Both the position numbers and the translations under genes were made by a program. Of a DNA stretch of 64,000 bases, positions 19,381 through 29,573 are shown one piece after another (positions within the stretch are counted from its first letter, which is position 1; every line of letters starts with the position of its first letter). Under the pieces are notes generated by a model, which was not told the origin of the DNA, searched no databases, and worked only from the letters and a program-made list of their open reading frames with translations. This stretch comes from an uncultured Gemmatimonadales bacterium (GTDB lineage Bacteria > Gemmatimonadota > Gemmatimonadetes > Gemmatimonadales > GWC2-71-9): positions 64,001 through 128,000 of the forward strand of contig CAVOGR010000007.1 in the NCBI GenBank assembly GCA_963695555.1. Reading direction: 5' to 3'.

Positions 19381-19845
19381 ATGCCACGATTCCCCACCCT
19401 AGCCCTCCCGGCCGCCCTCGTCGTCGCGCTCGGCTGCACCCCACCCGAGGTGCCAACGGACCCGGCCGAGTTCCAGCAGCATTGGGACGCGTACAGGACC
19501 GCCCTGGCATCGGCCGACGTGGACGCGATGGCCGCGTTCTATTTCGACGACGGCATGCGTATCCCGCCGGACAAGCCGCCGCAGCGAGGCCTCCCTGCGG
19601 TGCGAGACTACTTGACCCGCGTTTTCGCCGAAAACGTATACACCCTCGACGAGGCCACCCCTGACGACGTCCAGGTCTCGGGAAATCTCGCCGCCGTGCG
19701 GGCCACCTATCGCGACCACTCATACCCCAAGGCGGGCGGCGACACCACCTGGACGGCAGGCAGATGGTTGTCAGTCTGGGGGCGCGAGCCCGACGGCCGA
19801 TGGAAGATCAGAACGGAGATGTGGACCGTCGAGAGTATCGAGTAG
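19381..19845 (+). CDS. DUF4440/SnoaL-like lipoprotein
   Basis: Lipobox ALG-C, VQVSGNLA, VWGREPDGRWKI. Confidence 0.8.
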   Translation: MPRFPTLALPAALVVALGCTPPEVPTDPAEFQQHWDAYRTALASADVDAMAAFYFDDGMRIPPDKPPQRGLPAVRDYLTRVFAENVYTLDEATPDDVQVSGNLAAVRATYRDHSYPKAGGDTTWTAGRWLSVWGREPDGRWKIRTEMWTVESIE

Positions 19846-19925
19846 GCAGCGCGCCCGCCAGATCACATCCGAAAACCAGGGCAGAGATTCTCAGAAGTGA
19901 GATTCTCAGCGGCGGGCGGGCCGGC

Positions 19926-20531
19926 CTAACTGCGATTGGGCCTGAACATGCTCCAGGTATGGATCTCGCCGACGTGGGCTTCCGCGGTCACGTGGTATCC
20001 CACCCGCTCGTAATACGGCACGTTTGACGGATCCTCGGTGCTGAGCGTGACACCGGTCGAGACCGGGTCCGCCTCGGACATGGCTTGGATATGTTCCAGC
20101 AAGATCCGGCCGTAGCCGCTGCCTTGATGGCCTGGCGCCACCCCGATCATGCCGAGGAAGTAGTGCGGCTCATCGGGCTCGTGACCGGTGCTTTGGCGCT
20201 CGTACCTGGCCATACGCTCGAACGCCTCGGGGCCGATAATGGTGGCAACCCGACGGTGCTTCCGTGTGAGCTCGGGCGGTGCGAGCAGATCACGAGGCTC
20301 CGACACCAGCGCCGCTGCTACGAGATCCTCCCCTTGCCGGATGCCCAGCACCGGCCAGCCTCGGGTCAACCGGGCATCGCAGTAGAAGCCTATGAGCTCG
20401 CGGAGCCGCGCGCCGTACTCGTCGCCGGCGTCCGCCAGGGCGAAGCGCATGACAGGGTAGTCATGGAAGGCGGCGGCGAGCACGTCGATCACGTGCTCCC
20501 GATCGGCCTCGGTCAAGCGCTCAACAGTCAC
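19926..20531 (-). CDS. GNAT family N-acetyltransferase
   Basis: HYFLGMIGVAPGHQGSGYG (motif A), NVPYYERVGY. Confidence 0.9.
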   Translation of the reverse strand: MTVERLTEADREHVIDVLAAAFHDYPVMRFALADAGDEYGARLRELIGFYCDARLTRGWPVLGIRQGEDLVAAALVSEPRDLLAPPELTRKHRRVATIIGPEAFERMARYERQSTGHEPDEPHYFLGMIGVAPGHQGSGYGRILLEHIQAMSEADPVSTGVTLSTEDPSNVPYYERVGYHVTAEAHVGEIHTWSMFRPNRS

Positions 20532-20647
20532 ATTATTCCCCGCCGCAGGATGTACAGTGTTTGGGGGAAGAGACTCCTCGCTCTCCCCCCGAATTCCACG
20601 AACGGCACGCGTGTGTCAACTCGTGCCCTGCGCTCCGAATGTTGCCC

Positions 20648-20830
20648 TCAGCTCTCGGACGGCTCGATCTTCACCACGCATTCGCCCTTCACATGCGCGA
20701 CGAACACGTCGTACTTGATCACTCCGAGTTTGGTCCATTTGGGAGCTGCCGCTCGGTTGTCGGCGCAAATCTCGTTGGCCTCCCCGCATTCCCAGGTCCC
20801 GCTTGGGCAGAGCTTGCATGTCTTGGCCAT
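20648..20830 (-). CDS. Small Cys-rich hypothetical protein (60 aa)
   Basis: Strong RBS AAAGGGGA 6 nt before ATG, five Cys, lies 65 bp downstream of the kinase on the same strand. Confidence 0.55.
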   Translation of the reverse strand: MAKTCKLCPSGTWECGEANEICADNRAAAPKWTKLGVIKYDVFVAHVKGECVVKIEPSES

Positions 20831-20895
20831 GGTTGTTCCCCTTTAGTTGAGGTTGGTGGGACTATTGGAGTCAGCACTTTGCAGCGACACTCGAC

Positions 20896-23800
20896 TTAAC
20901 CGGGTTTGAGACGCCGAAGGTCGCGCCTGGCCTCGTCCACGAGCGGTTTCGTGAGTGAGTCTGCATTGGTCCACGCACTGATGAAGTGCTCGTAAGACTG
21001 GACGGCACGCTGGGTGTCTCGATTCGCTTCGTACGCTTGTGCCCGCATGAGATAGGAGAGGCTACGTAAGCCCCAAGCGTAGTCGGGACCATCCACGCGA
21101 AGCGGCAGGCTGTCGAGTCGCGCGAACAACTCGGCCGCATGGCCCTGATCGCCGATGCGGGTTGCCACAACACCAAGGATCAATGCCCTCGTCGCATCGC
21201 TTACACCCGGGACCTTCGTCCCCACGGCTTGGCGAAGCAGTGCGTGAGCGGTGACCGAGTCCCGTTTGCTCATGACGAGCGCGCGCCACAATGGGGTATC
21301 GAGTCCGAGACCGTCATCCCACGCCGCCAAGGCCGAATCATCCCATGCCAGCGCTGGTGCGATGTCAAATGTCGCGTTGCGGCGCAACAACCGGATTTGC
21401 CGCTCCGAATACTTGGGAGGTGACCAGACACGGCGAAGGGCATCCAACTCATGTCTGAGCGGTAGTCCGCCCACTCCGGTGGCACCCAATACGCGTATTC
21501 GTTCAATGATGACGTCGGCACCGCCATAGGGTATGAGAGAATCCGCAAGGCTATCCGGCATAAAGCTCTGCTTCGTGCTGTGCGACACGAGCGTCAGCGT
21601 ACGCAAGGGCTGCCCCAGGGCCAAGAAGACGTCGACGGCGAGCTGATCTGGAGGTTCAGTGCCATATCGCTCGAGCGCCTCTTCCGTCAGCCTGGCCGCT
21701 TCGGCGGGATCGCCTGCCCCTAGGTAAAGGCTCCCCAGCCGGAGGAGATCGATTGGCAGCGTGTCTCCCTTGAGCGCGAGAGCTTGAGCAGCATTCTCCA
21801 GGGCCAGTTGTGCCAGGCTGTCGATGGACTCCGGAGCGGCCAATTTCAAGCGCGCCCTCCGCGCGAGCATCGCAGCGGCGATCTCTTCCCGGGGTTGGGC
21901 CAGCCCCGGGGCGAAGTCGGCCCATCGGCGGATGGCCTGGACCGATTGGTCGAACAGCCGAGTGGCGCCTGCTTCAGCCAAGGACGGATCGAGCGAATCG
22001 AACGCCGCCTTGCTCACCCATTCGATCGAGTCCAGCGCAACCGGACAAAAGGCGCGGAGGCGATGTGGCGTCTTGTCCCCCCAAGGCGCAATGAACTCGT
22101 CACGGGGCAGTTCGAAGCCGCCGCAGACTCCGCGATCGATCGGTTCCGTCACGGCCTTGTAGATCTCAAACAGATGCCCGTAGCCAAGGTCGAATGTCGG
22201 CTGGAGTCGCACCGCCTCGGAGAATGCATGAATCGCCACGTTGAGGTTGCTACGAGGCGCTAGCCTCCCCGGTGACTTTTCTTCCAGCCATGGATCACGA
22301 TACTCCACGCTGCCAAGCATCAGCCAGGCGTAGACATCGGTGGAATCTGATTTCAGTATCGACTGGTAGCGTTGGCGAGCGGTCTCGTAATCGCCCTGCT
22401 GGAAGGCATAGAATGCAGCGATGTGCATGCTGTCCCGAATCGGCAGGCCGGCCGAATGTCGCAGGGCAAATGCACTCAGGCTCACAATCTCGGGGCCAAC
22501 GCTCTCGAGCCGCATGTCGCTTGGAGCGGCCTGCCAGTACAGGGTCTGGGCCAGGTTGTTCATCGCAGTCGCAAACGATGTGTCCAGCACGATGGCCTGG
22601 CGGAAGCTCCGCTCGGCGTCGCCGAGTCGCCAACTCGCTAGATATCGCTGCCCCTCGGTCAAGCGGGCGAGTGCCGCGGGCACGGCGGTCAGCCGACGCA
22701 ACTCGCCCGGGTCGGCGGTAACCTGATCGATGCCCAGAATCCCGTACACCACCGGCGCTACCAGCGTCGACATCTCGTTGGCGGCACCCGAGGCTTGTAT
22801 CGAGGGGCCTACGCTCTTCTGGCTTCGTGCATCAAACAGAGTGGCTTCAACGAACGCCGTGTCGCCCCGCAGGTTGAGGGTCACCGCGGCCAGGGCCTGG
22901 GCGCCCACGGTCCTCGCCACGGAGATCCCGTCCTCGATCAGCTCCAGCGTCGGGCCTGGGAGTCCCAGATCAAAGAGCGGCCCACTCAACGAGACGCTGG
23001 GAATGGCCCGGATGGATTCCCATTTGTTCAATTCCCGGGTGATGTCGTCCGCCAGATCACTCGCCATTGCTCGCTCACGCGCGGTCGAGGTGGAAGTGCT
23101 GAACGGCATCACGACCACTGACTCGGGACGGCCATCCACCCATGCCGTGGCGCGGGAAGCCCCGAGCGTCTTCCCTCCGATCACCGCCGCGGCAAGGATG
23201 ATCAACAGCCCTCCCACCGCAATCACGGGGTGGTCCCTCATCGGGCGTACCATCAGCTCCCAAGGCTTGGCCCGGCGTCGCTCGACGCGGTCCTGGATGG
23301 CACCCGACATCCCACCCACCGGCACGCCGTACTCGGGAGTGGTCAACGTGGTGAGCGCGGCGCCGAATTCGTCGGCTGTGCGATACCGATCGGCCGGCAC
23401 CTTGGCCAGTGCCTTGAATACTGCCTGCTCCAAGGGCTCCGAGATGGTTAGCCGCACCGTCCTGAGGCTCGGGACGGGATCCACGGCGTGCCGCGCGAGT
23501 ACGGCCTGTGACGTGGGGCCGGTGAAGGGCGGCTCGCCGACCAACGCCTCATACAGTACGCAGCCCAAGGCGTAGATATCGCTGCGTGCGTCGATCTCAC
23601 TCCTCCCGGTCGCCCGCTCCGGACTCATGTAGGTTGGGGTGCCCAAGGCGAGACCCGTCTGGGTCAGCTTCTCCCCTCCGGCCTCGGTCACGGCCCGAGC
23701 AATCCCAAAGTCGGCAACCACCGCCAGCTCACCCGTCAAGAGGATGTTCTCCGGCTTGATGTCGCGGTGCACGACACCGAGGCCGTGTGCGTGGTCCAAT

Positions 23801-24174
23801 GCCCGGGCGACTTGCTGGACGATCCGGACCGCCTCTCCGATGGGAAGCTGGTTCTCCCGATCCAGCCGTTGGCGGAGCGTTTCACCCTCGACATAGGGCA
23901 TCACATAGAACAGAAATCCGTCGGCCTCACCGGAGTCGATCAGCGGCAGGATGTGCGGGTGATTGAGGCTTGCGGTGAGTTTGATCTCACGCAGGAACCG
24001 CTCAGTGCCCAACGCAGCGGCTAATTCGGGGTGCATGACCTTGACCGCCACCTCGCGATCGTGCTTCACGTCGCGAGCCAGGTACACGGTGGCCATACCG
24101 CCCGATCCGATCTCCCGTTCGATGGGGTAGCGGTCGGCGAGCGCTGATTTCAGGCGGTTGAGGTCATCGAGCAC
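20896..24174 (-). CDS. Hanks-type Ser/Thr kinase with TM helix, TolB-N-like and TPR-like domains
   Basis: IGSGGMATVY, VAVKV, HRDIKPEN, DFG, GTPTYMSPE, a TM helix, SVVVMPF, then a helical-repeat C-terminus. Confidence 0.93.
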   Translation of the reverse strand: MLDDLNRLKSALADRYPIEREIGSGGMATVYLARDVKHDREVAVKVMHPELAAALGTERFLREIKLTASLNHPHILPLIDSGEADGFLFYVMPYVEGETLRQRLDRENQLPIGEAVRIVQQVARALDHAHGLGVVHRDIKPENILLTGELAVVADFGIARAVTEAGGEKLTQTGLALGTPTYMSPERATGRSEIDARSDIYALGCVLYEALVGEPPFTGPTSQAVLARHAVDPVPSLRTVRLTISEPLEQAVFKALAKVPADRYRTADEFGAALTTLTTPEYGVPVGGMSGAIQDRVERRRAKPWELMVRPMRDHPVIAVGGLLIILAAAVIGGKTLGASRATAWVDGRPESVVVMPFSTSTSTARERAMASDLADDITRELNKWESIRAIPSVSLSGPLFDLGLPGPTLELIEDGISVARTVGAQALAAVTLNLRGDTAFVEATLFDARSQKSVGPSIQASGAANEMSTLVAPVVYGILGIDQVTADPGELRRLTAVPAALARLTEGQRYLASWRLGDAERSFRQAIVLDTSFATAMNNLAQTLYWQAAPSDMRLESVGPEIVSLSAFALRHSAGLPIRDSMHIAAFYAFQQGDYETARQRYQSILKSDSTDVYAWLMLGSVEYRDPWLEEKSPGRLAPRSNLNVAIHAFSEAVRLQPTFDLGYGHLFEIYKAVTEPIDRGVCGGFELPRDEFIAPWGDKTPHRLRAFCPVALDSIEWVSKAAFDSLDPSLAEAGATRLFDQSVQAIRRWADFAPGLAQPREEIAAAMLARRARLKLAAPESIDSLAQLALENAAQALALKGDTLPIDLLRLGSLYLGAGDPAEAARLTEEALERYGTEPPDQLAVDVFLALGQPLRTLTLVSHSTKQSFMPDSLADSLIPYGGADVIIERIRVLGATGVGGLPLRHELDALRRVWSPPKYSERQIRLLRRNATFDIAPALAWDDSALAAWDDGLGLDTPLWRALVMSKRDSVTAHALLRQAVGTKVPGVSDATRALILGVVATRIGDQGHAAELFARLDSLPLRVDGPDYAWGLRSLSYLMRAQAYEANRDTQRAVQSYEHFISAWTNADSLTKPLVDEARRDLRRLKPG

Positions 24175-24474
24175 AACGGTTCTCCCAGGCTGGCCCTAGG
24201 ATAGGCCGTGGCAGCGGGAATCGCCAGAGCGTCGGGCCAAAAATACGGCACTGGGCCCTAAGCATCGCTGGTGAATGGTGGGTCGTAAGTCTCAGGGCAT
24301 GAGACAGGAGCCCGATGACCTGAGCTAGCTACTCTTGCCGTAAGCGCTCCTCGCAGGGCTCCAACAGCAAGAGACTAGTGACGAACGACTCACGCCACGC
24401 CATCTTTCTCTGAGCGCACTATGAACGGAGTGGCCTACTATATAGGATAGGCTCCAGTGAGAGGAGGCGTGGTC

Positions 24475-24999
24475 ATGCCGCAATTCAGCGTCAATCCCAA
24501 CCGATTCGATCCCTACAAGAACTTCAAGTTCCGGGTCAAGTGGGAAGGCAAGTACGTGGCCGGCGTGAGCAAGATCAGCGCGCTGGTACGTACCACCGAG
24601 GTGGTGAAGCATCGTGAGGGTGGCGACCCGAGCACCAGCCGGAAGTCGCCGGGGCGGACGGAATACGAGCCGGTGACCCTCGAGCGTGGGGTGACCCATG
24701 ACCTCGAGTTCGAGAGATGGGCCAACAAGGTGTGGAACTTTGGGTCGGGACTGGGGACCGAGGTCTCGCTCAAGGACTTCCGGAAGGATGTGATCCTCGA
24801 ACTCTACAACGAGGCTGGGCAGCTGGTACTAGCATACAAGCTGTTCCGCTGCTGGGTCTCGGAGTTCCAGGCGCTGCCCGAATTGAATGCCAATGACGGT
24901 GCCGTCGCGATCCAGAAGCTCACGCTCCAGAACGAGGGGTGGGAGCGCGACTACGACGTCACAGAGCCCGAGGAGCCGTCCTTCACGGAGCCCAGCTAG
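24475..24999 (+). CDS. Contractile injection system inner tube protein (T4 gp19/Afp1-like)
   Basis: RBS GAGGAGG. RFDPYKNFKFRVKW, HREGGDPST.RKSPGRT.Y..VTLERGVT and LYNEAGQLVLAY..FRCWVSE are characteristic of eCIS tubes. Confidence 0.93.
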   Translation: MPQFSVNPNRFDPYKNFKFRVKWEGKYVAGVSKISALVRTTEVVKHREGGDPSTSRKSPGRTEYEPVTLERGVTHDLEFERWANKVWNFGSGLGTEVSLKDFRKDVILELYNEAGQLVLAYKLFRCWVSEFQALPELNANDGAVAIQKLTLQNEGWERDYDVTEPEEPSFTEPS

Positions 25000-25010
25000 G
25001 AGGATTCGGC

Positions 25011-25622
25011 ATGCCTGGTTCACGATCGCCGAAGGTGCTGAAGGGGGCCCTCGTGCGGCTGGACGATCAGGGGGCGGGGGCGGGGGCGCCGGCCCAGGTC
25101 GTGGTCTTTCAGTACAACCCCGAGACGCTTCACCGAAGACTCGAGGAACGACCGAGCGGGCCGCCACAGGAAGTCATCACCTGCTCGCTCGCGTTCGACG
25201 CGACCGACGCCTTGGAATTCCCGGACGAGAACCCGCTCGTGGTGGAGCACGGGATCTATCCGATGCTAGCGGCGCTCGAGCTGCTCCTGCACCCGCGCGA
25301 AGCGCGGGGCGGGGGGTCCAGCTGGTGGCCGTTCTGGCCGTTCGGTTCGGGGTCGGAGGTAGAGCGCGAGCCCGTGCTCATTTTCCTCTGGGGCGACCAG
25401 CGCGCCGTCCCCGTTCGGCTCACCCGGCTCGACATCACGGAGGAGCAGCACGATCCGCAACTGCATCCGATCCGGGCTAACGTCAGGCTTAGGATGCGAG
25501 TGGTCACCGACCAGGATGTTCCTGGGGGGCACCGGGGAGCCCGGCTCTGGCGAGAGCACCTGAGCCGGATGCGGACCCTGGCGCACGGGGTCTACACGGG
25601 GGTGCCGCCCGTTCGCATCTAG
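25011..25622 (+). CDS. CIS tube-initiator-like protein (Afp7/gp48-like)
   Basis: RBS GGAGG 11 bp after the tube stop. SPKVLKGALV, FQYNPETL.R, DATDALEFPD, LAALELLL.P, LFLWG-type (LIFLWG), ITEE..DP.L.PIRA.V match a family found in eCIS loci. Confidence 0.78.
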   Translation: MPGSRSPKVLKGALVRLDDQGAGAGAPAQVVVFQYNPETLHRRLEERPSGPPQEVITCSLAFDATDALEFPDENPLVVEHGIYPMLAALELLLHPREARGGGSSWWPFWPFGSGSEVEREPVLIFLWGDQRAVPVRLTRLDITEEQHDPQLHPIRANVRLRMRVVTDQDVPGGHRGARLWREHLSRMRTLAHGVYTGVPPVRI

Positions 25623-25723
25623 GAGTGCACAGGGGCCGATCAGCTGAGAGAGTTCGAGAGCTTGATGGAGGGCGACGTCGTTTTGTTTGCTGTCCAGCTT
25701 TGTGCTTCCTACTTCCTGCCTTC

Positions 25724-26080
25724 CTACCTTCCTGCCTCCATCGTCTTCTGCCCGATCCGGAAGATCACGAACTCGGCCGGCCTCGTGGGTGCCACTCCGA
25801 TCATCGAGATCAGCCGGCCGTTATCGATGTCATCTTGGGTCATGGTCGTCCGATCGCACGTGACGAAGAAGGCCTCCTCCGCCGTGGCCCCGGAGAGTGC
25901 GCCGGTCCGCCACACGGTGGTGAGGAAGTTTGATATCGCAGTTCGAACGGCGGTCCACGTTGTCTGCTCGTTGGGCTCGAACACCACCCACTGGGTTCCG
26001 CGGTAGATCGACTGCTCGAGGTAGATGAAGAGACGCCGGACGTTGACGTACCTCCATTCCGGGTCCGACGACATGGTGCG
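25724..26080 (-). pseudogene. C-terminal domain of a contractile tail sheath protein (N-terminus missing)
   Basis: RT(M)SSDPEWRYVNVRRLFIYLE.SI..GTQWVVFEPN...AFFVTCDRTTMTQDDIDNGRLI..IGVAP.RPAEFVIFRI. Homology stops abruptly at about 26080. The frame is intact from ATG 26074. Confidence 0.85.
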
Positions 26081-26160
26081 GGGCGGAACATTATTGAGTC
26101 GCAAGTCCCAAGTCGGAGGACTTAAGACTTGGCACCCCTCAACTTCTTCCCTTTCTCACC

Positions 26161-28312
26161 CTACACCACCAACGGCAACTCCCGGAGCCGCTTACCCGTG
26201 AGCACCGCCACCGCGTTCGCCACGGCCGGCGCGCTCGGAGGCACCGCGACCTCCCCCACCCCGCCCGGCCGCTCCATGCTCGACACGATGTGGGTCTCGA
26301 CCCGGGGCATCTCCTTCAGGCGCAGGATGACGTAGTCGTGGAAGTTCGCCTCCTGCACTCGGCCTTCCTTTAATGTGAGCTTGCTATGGAGCGCCGCGCC
26401 GAGTCCAAATGCCACGGCGGATTCCATTTGCGCGGCGATGGCCTCGGGATTGACGGCAATGCCGCAATCGACGGCGCACACTACGCGGTGCACCCGAATC
26501 TTGCCGGCCTCGATCGACACCTCGGCCACCTCGGCGACGAAGCTGCCGAACGATTCGTGCACCGCCACTCCGCGCGCCCAGCCCTTGGGCAACGGTGTTC
26601 CCCAACCGGCCTTCTCGGCCGCCAGGTTGAGCACCCCCAGGTGCCGGGGATGACCTTGAAGCAGCCGCCGACGATACGCGACCGGGTCCTGACCCGCGGT
26701 CTGCGCCAACTCGTCGATCAGTGTCTCCATCACGAACGCGGTGTGAGTATGCCCCACCGACCGCCACCAGAGGACCGGGATCGCGGTCTTGGGCGAGTGA
26801 AGTCCGACCCTGCGATTCGGAATCGACGCGAGATAGGGTGAGTCGGCGACGCCCTCGACCGAGGACGAGTCGATCCCGTTTTGCACCAATGCGCCTTCGA
26901 ATGCGGTCCCGGCTGCGATCGATTGCCCGACCGCGACGTGATCCCAAGCGGTCGGCATGCCATCGTCGCTTAGCCCGACCCGGACCCGATGCACGAAGGC
27001 CGGGCGGTAGTAGCCCCCGCGCACGTCGTCCTCGCGGGTCCATACCACCTTGACCGCTTTGCCGCTCTGCTTGGCGACGTGCACCGCTTCGACCACGAAG
27101 TCCGAGGCCGGGCTGGCACGTCGGCCGAAACCGCCACCGAGGAAGGTGGTGTGGATCGTGACCTGCTCCGGCTTGAGGCCGAGGATCTGCGCCGCCAGCG
27201 GCTGATCCGGCCCCTGGAACTGCGTACCGGTCCAGATCTCGCACTTGTCGGGACTGATGCGGACGGTGCAGTTGAGCGGTTCCATCGGCGGCGTGTGCCA
27301 GGTACGGCACCGCATATTCCGCATCGATCGTCTTCGACGCCGCGGCGAACGCCGCGGTGACGTCGCCGGCCGCGACGGCTTGCATGCCAGGGGTCTCTGC
27401 CAGGCGGCTCCACTGCTGCTGCAGCTCTGCACTGTCCAGCGTCGCGCCGGGGCCGAGATCCCACTCGATCTCGAGCGCCGAGCGGCCCTGCCGAGCCGCC
27501 CAGAAGTGGTCGGCGAGCACAGCGACACCGCTCGGCACCTGCACTACGCCACGCACGCCGGGCACGGCCTTGGCCTTGGTTGCATCAAATGACTTGACCG
27601 TGCCACCGAACACCGGCGAGCGCGCAACCAGGGCGGTGAGCAGCCCGTCGAACTGGACATCCATGCCGAACTTGGCGCGGCCGGTGATCTTCTCCGGCGT
27701 GTCGAGCCGCTTGGTCGGCTTACCGATGATCTTCCAATCCTTCGGGTCTTTGAGCGTGACGCTCGCGGGCTTCGGCAGCTGGGCGGCGGCATCGGCCAAC
27801 TCGCCGAAGGTCGCGCGATTGTCCCCGGCGATGACCGCACCGTTCTCGGTGCGGCAGGCTGATACCGGAACGCCGTAGCGCTGGGACGCGGCCTCCACAA
27901 GGAGCGTGCGGGCCATGGCTCCGGCCTCGCGATAGCGCTGGAACTCGGACCACGTGGTGGTTGATCCGCCGGTGGCCTGGATGCCGAAGGCAGTGTGCGC
28001 GTAGACCGGTGCGGCTGGCGCGTGCTCCACCTTGATCTTGCTCCAATCGGCGTCGAGCTCCTCGGCGATCAGCATCGGCAGCGTAGTCCAGATGCCCTGG
28101 CCCATCTCCGAGTGCGCCAAGAGCACGGTCACGGTGTCGTCACTACCGATCCGAAGGAACGCATTCGGCACAAAAGGTTCAGTGCCCGGTATGGCCTCCG
28201 CCTGAACAAAACGTCGAGCGCCGGGCACGGCGAAGGCAATCACCAGCCCGCCTGAGACGGCGGCGCCGGTCTTCAGGAAATCGCGGCGAGTGGGGTGTGG
28301 CTTAGCGGTCAC
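26161..28312 (-). CDS. iorB: Isoquinoline 1-oxidoreductase beta-like Mo-binding subunit (frameshifted near 27291)
   Basis: Tat signal TRRDFLK, EMGQG, GGGFGRR, WWRSVG, GGVGE. One extra base in the expected YLAHAPMEP motif splits it into ORFs 26384..28330 and 26161..27528. Confidence 0.85.
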
Positions 28313-28375
28313 GGGTACGGCTCCTTTCAACGGCTCGATTAGCCATCACGATTCGCTAGCACGGCTCCGGCCGGT

Positions 28376-28831
28376 TCAACCCGCGGCCAATTCCGAGGCG
28401 CGACGCACCGCGGCACGGATCCGCTGATAGGTGCCGCAGCGGCAGAGGTTGCGCGCTAAAGCGTCGTCGATGTCCGCATCGCTGGGTGTGGGCTTGTCGG
28501 CGAGTAATGCCGCGGCCGTCATGATCTGCCCCGACTGGCAGTAGCCGCACTGCACCACGTCCAGATCGGCCCAGGCCCGCTGCACCGGGTGGCTCCCGTC
28601 GGGCGACAGCCCCTCGATGGTGGTGATCTGCTTGCCCTCGACGCTGGATACCGAGGTAACGCACGAGCGACGGGGGACCCCGTCGATGTGCACCGTGCAG
28701 GCCCCACATTGCGCAATGCCGCAGCCGAATTTGGTCCCAGTCAGGCCGACCAGGTCACGGATGACCCAGAGGAGCGGCATGTTGGGAGCGGCGTCGACGT
28801 CGTGCTGCTTGCCGTTGATGGTGAGCTTCAT
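28376..28831 (-). CDS. iorA: (2Fe-2S)-binding small subunit
   Basis: [41 protein letters not shown]. Confidence 0.92.
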   Translation of the reverse strand: MKLTINGKQHDVDAAPNMPLLWVIRDLVGLTGTKFGCGIAQCGACTVHIDGVPRRSCVTSVSSVEGKQITTIEGLSPDGSHPVQRAWADLDVVQCGYCQSGQIMTAAALLADKPTPSDADIDDALARNLCRCGTYQRIRAAVRRASELAAG

Positions 28832-28991
28832 GATTCCCTCGTGGTGGTGGCTCGGGAGCACAGCGGAGTCGCAGTCAGGTCCATTTCTGAAGCCCGGACG
28901 GCGCGACCGTTCCAACTCAATTTTAGCGATGTTCGAGAAATTTCAAGGTCCCGACTCGGCCTGCATTGGAAAGAAGACGGTAGCCCCGGCA

Positions 28992-29450
28992 TCACGTCGA
29001 TCGGCGCAACCGCGTGAGCACCCGGTCCAAGGCCGCGGCAAAGGCCTGTTTGGCTCGGGCATCGAATGGCGGCGGTCCACCGGTCACGATCCCCGCCAGG
29101 CGCGCCTGCTCCATCAGGTCGCGCACCGACAGGCGCTCGCCGATCGTTTCGGCCGTGTGCTCCTCGCCGCGCGGGTCCAGGACGGTCACCTGCTTGGGTA
29201 CTAAGAGCGCAGCCAACGGAATATCCTGCGTCACGACCAGATCGCCTGCACCGGCATGGTCCGCGATGTACTGGTCGGCCACATCGTCGCCGCCATCGAC
29301 CCGGATGGCGCTCACCAGCGGATAACCCGGAGGTGTATGGAGCCGCTGGTTCGCGACCAGGATAATTTCGATCTCCAACCGCTTCGCCGCGCGGAACACC
29401 ACTTCTTTCACATCCCGCGGAGCCGCGTCCGCATCGATCCAGATCTTCAG
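28992..29450 (-). CDS. YaiI/YqxD (UPF0178) family protein
   Basis: KIWIDADA.P, DVADQYI, DLVVTQDIPLA, RDLM, GGPPPF. Start uncertain (CTG 29450, or the ORF start at 29519). Confidence 0.88.
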   Translation of the reverse strand: MKIWIDADAAPRDVKEVVFRAAKRLEIEIILVANQRLHTPPGYPLVSAIRVDGGDDVADQYIADHAGAGDLVVTQDIPLAALLVPKQVTVLDPRGEEHTAETIGERLSVRDLMEQARLAGIVTGGPPPFDARAKQAFAAALDRVLTRLRRST

Positions 29451-29573
29451 GGTGGATTCACTCCCGTTCAGTCCGTCGTGAATACGCCTAGGAGCAAGCC
29501 CCGCTCTGTGCTCGGACAAAGCGGGGCTCCCGTCGTCGGCGTATCGCCGGCGGTTCTGCCTGGTTGTTTCTTG

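Noticed and set aside
19884..19909. GAGATTCTCAG direct repeat
   Set aside because: Two copies only, between convergent gene ends; no supportable function.
24276..24286. TGGTGGGTCGT, the reverse complement of a tRNA-like 3' end (ACGACCCACCA), upstream of the tube gene
   Set aside because: Only 11 nt, no T arm follows and it matches no tRNA in this window; chance cannot be excluded.
24475..26104. Prophage
   Set aside because: No capsid, terminase, portal, integrase or lysis genes; the proteins are eCIS-type.
27280..27300. Programmed frameshift in iorB
   Set aside because: No slippery heptamer. It is a single extra base in a conserved motif, like the other indels in the window.
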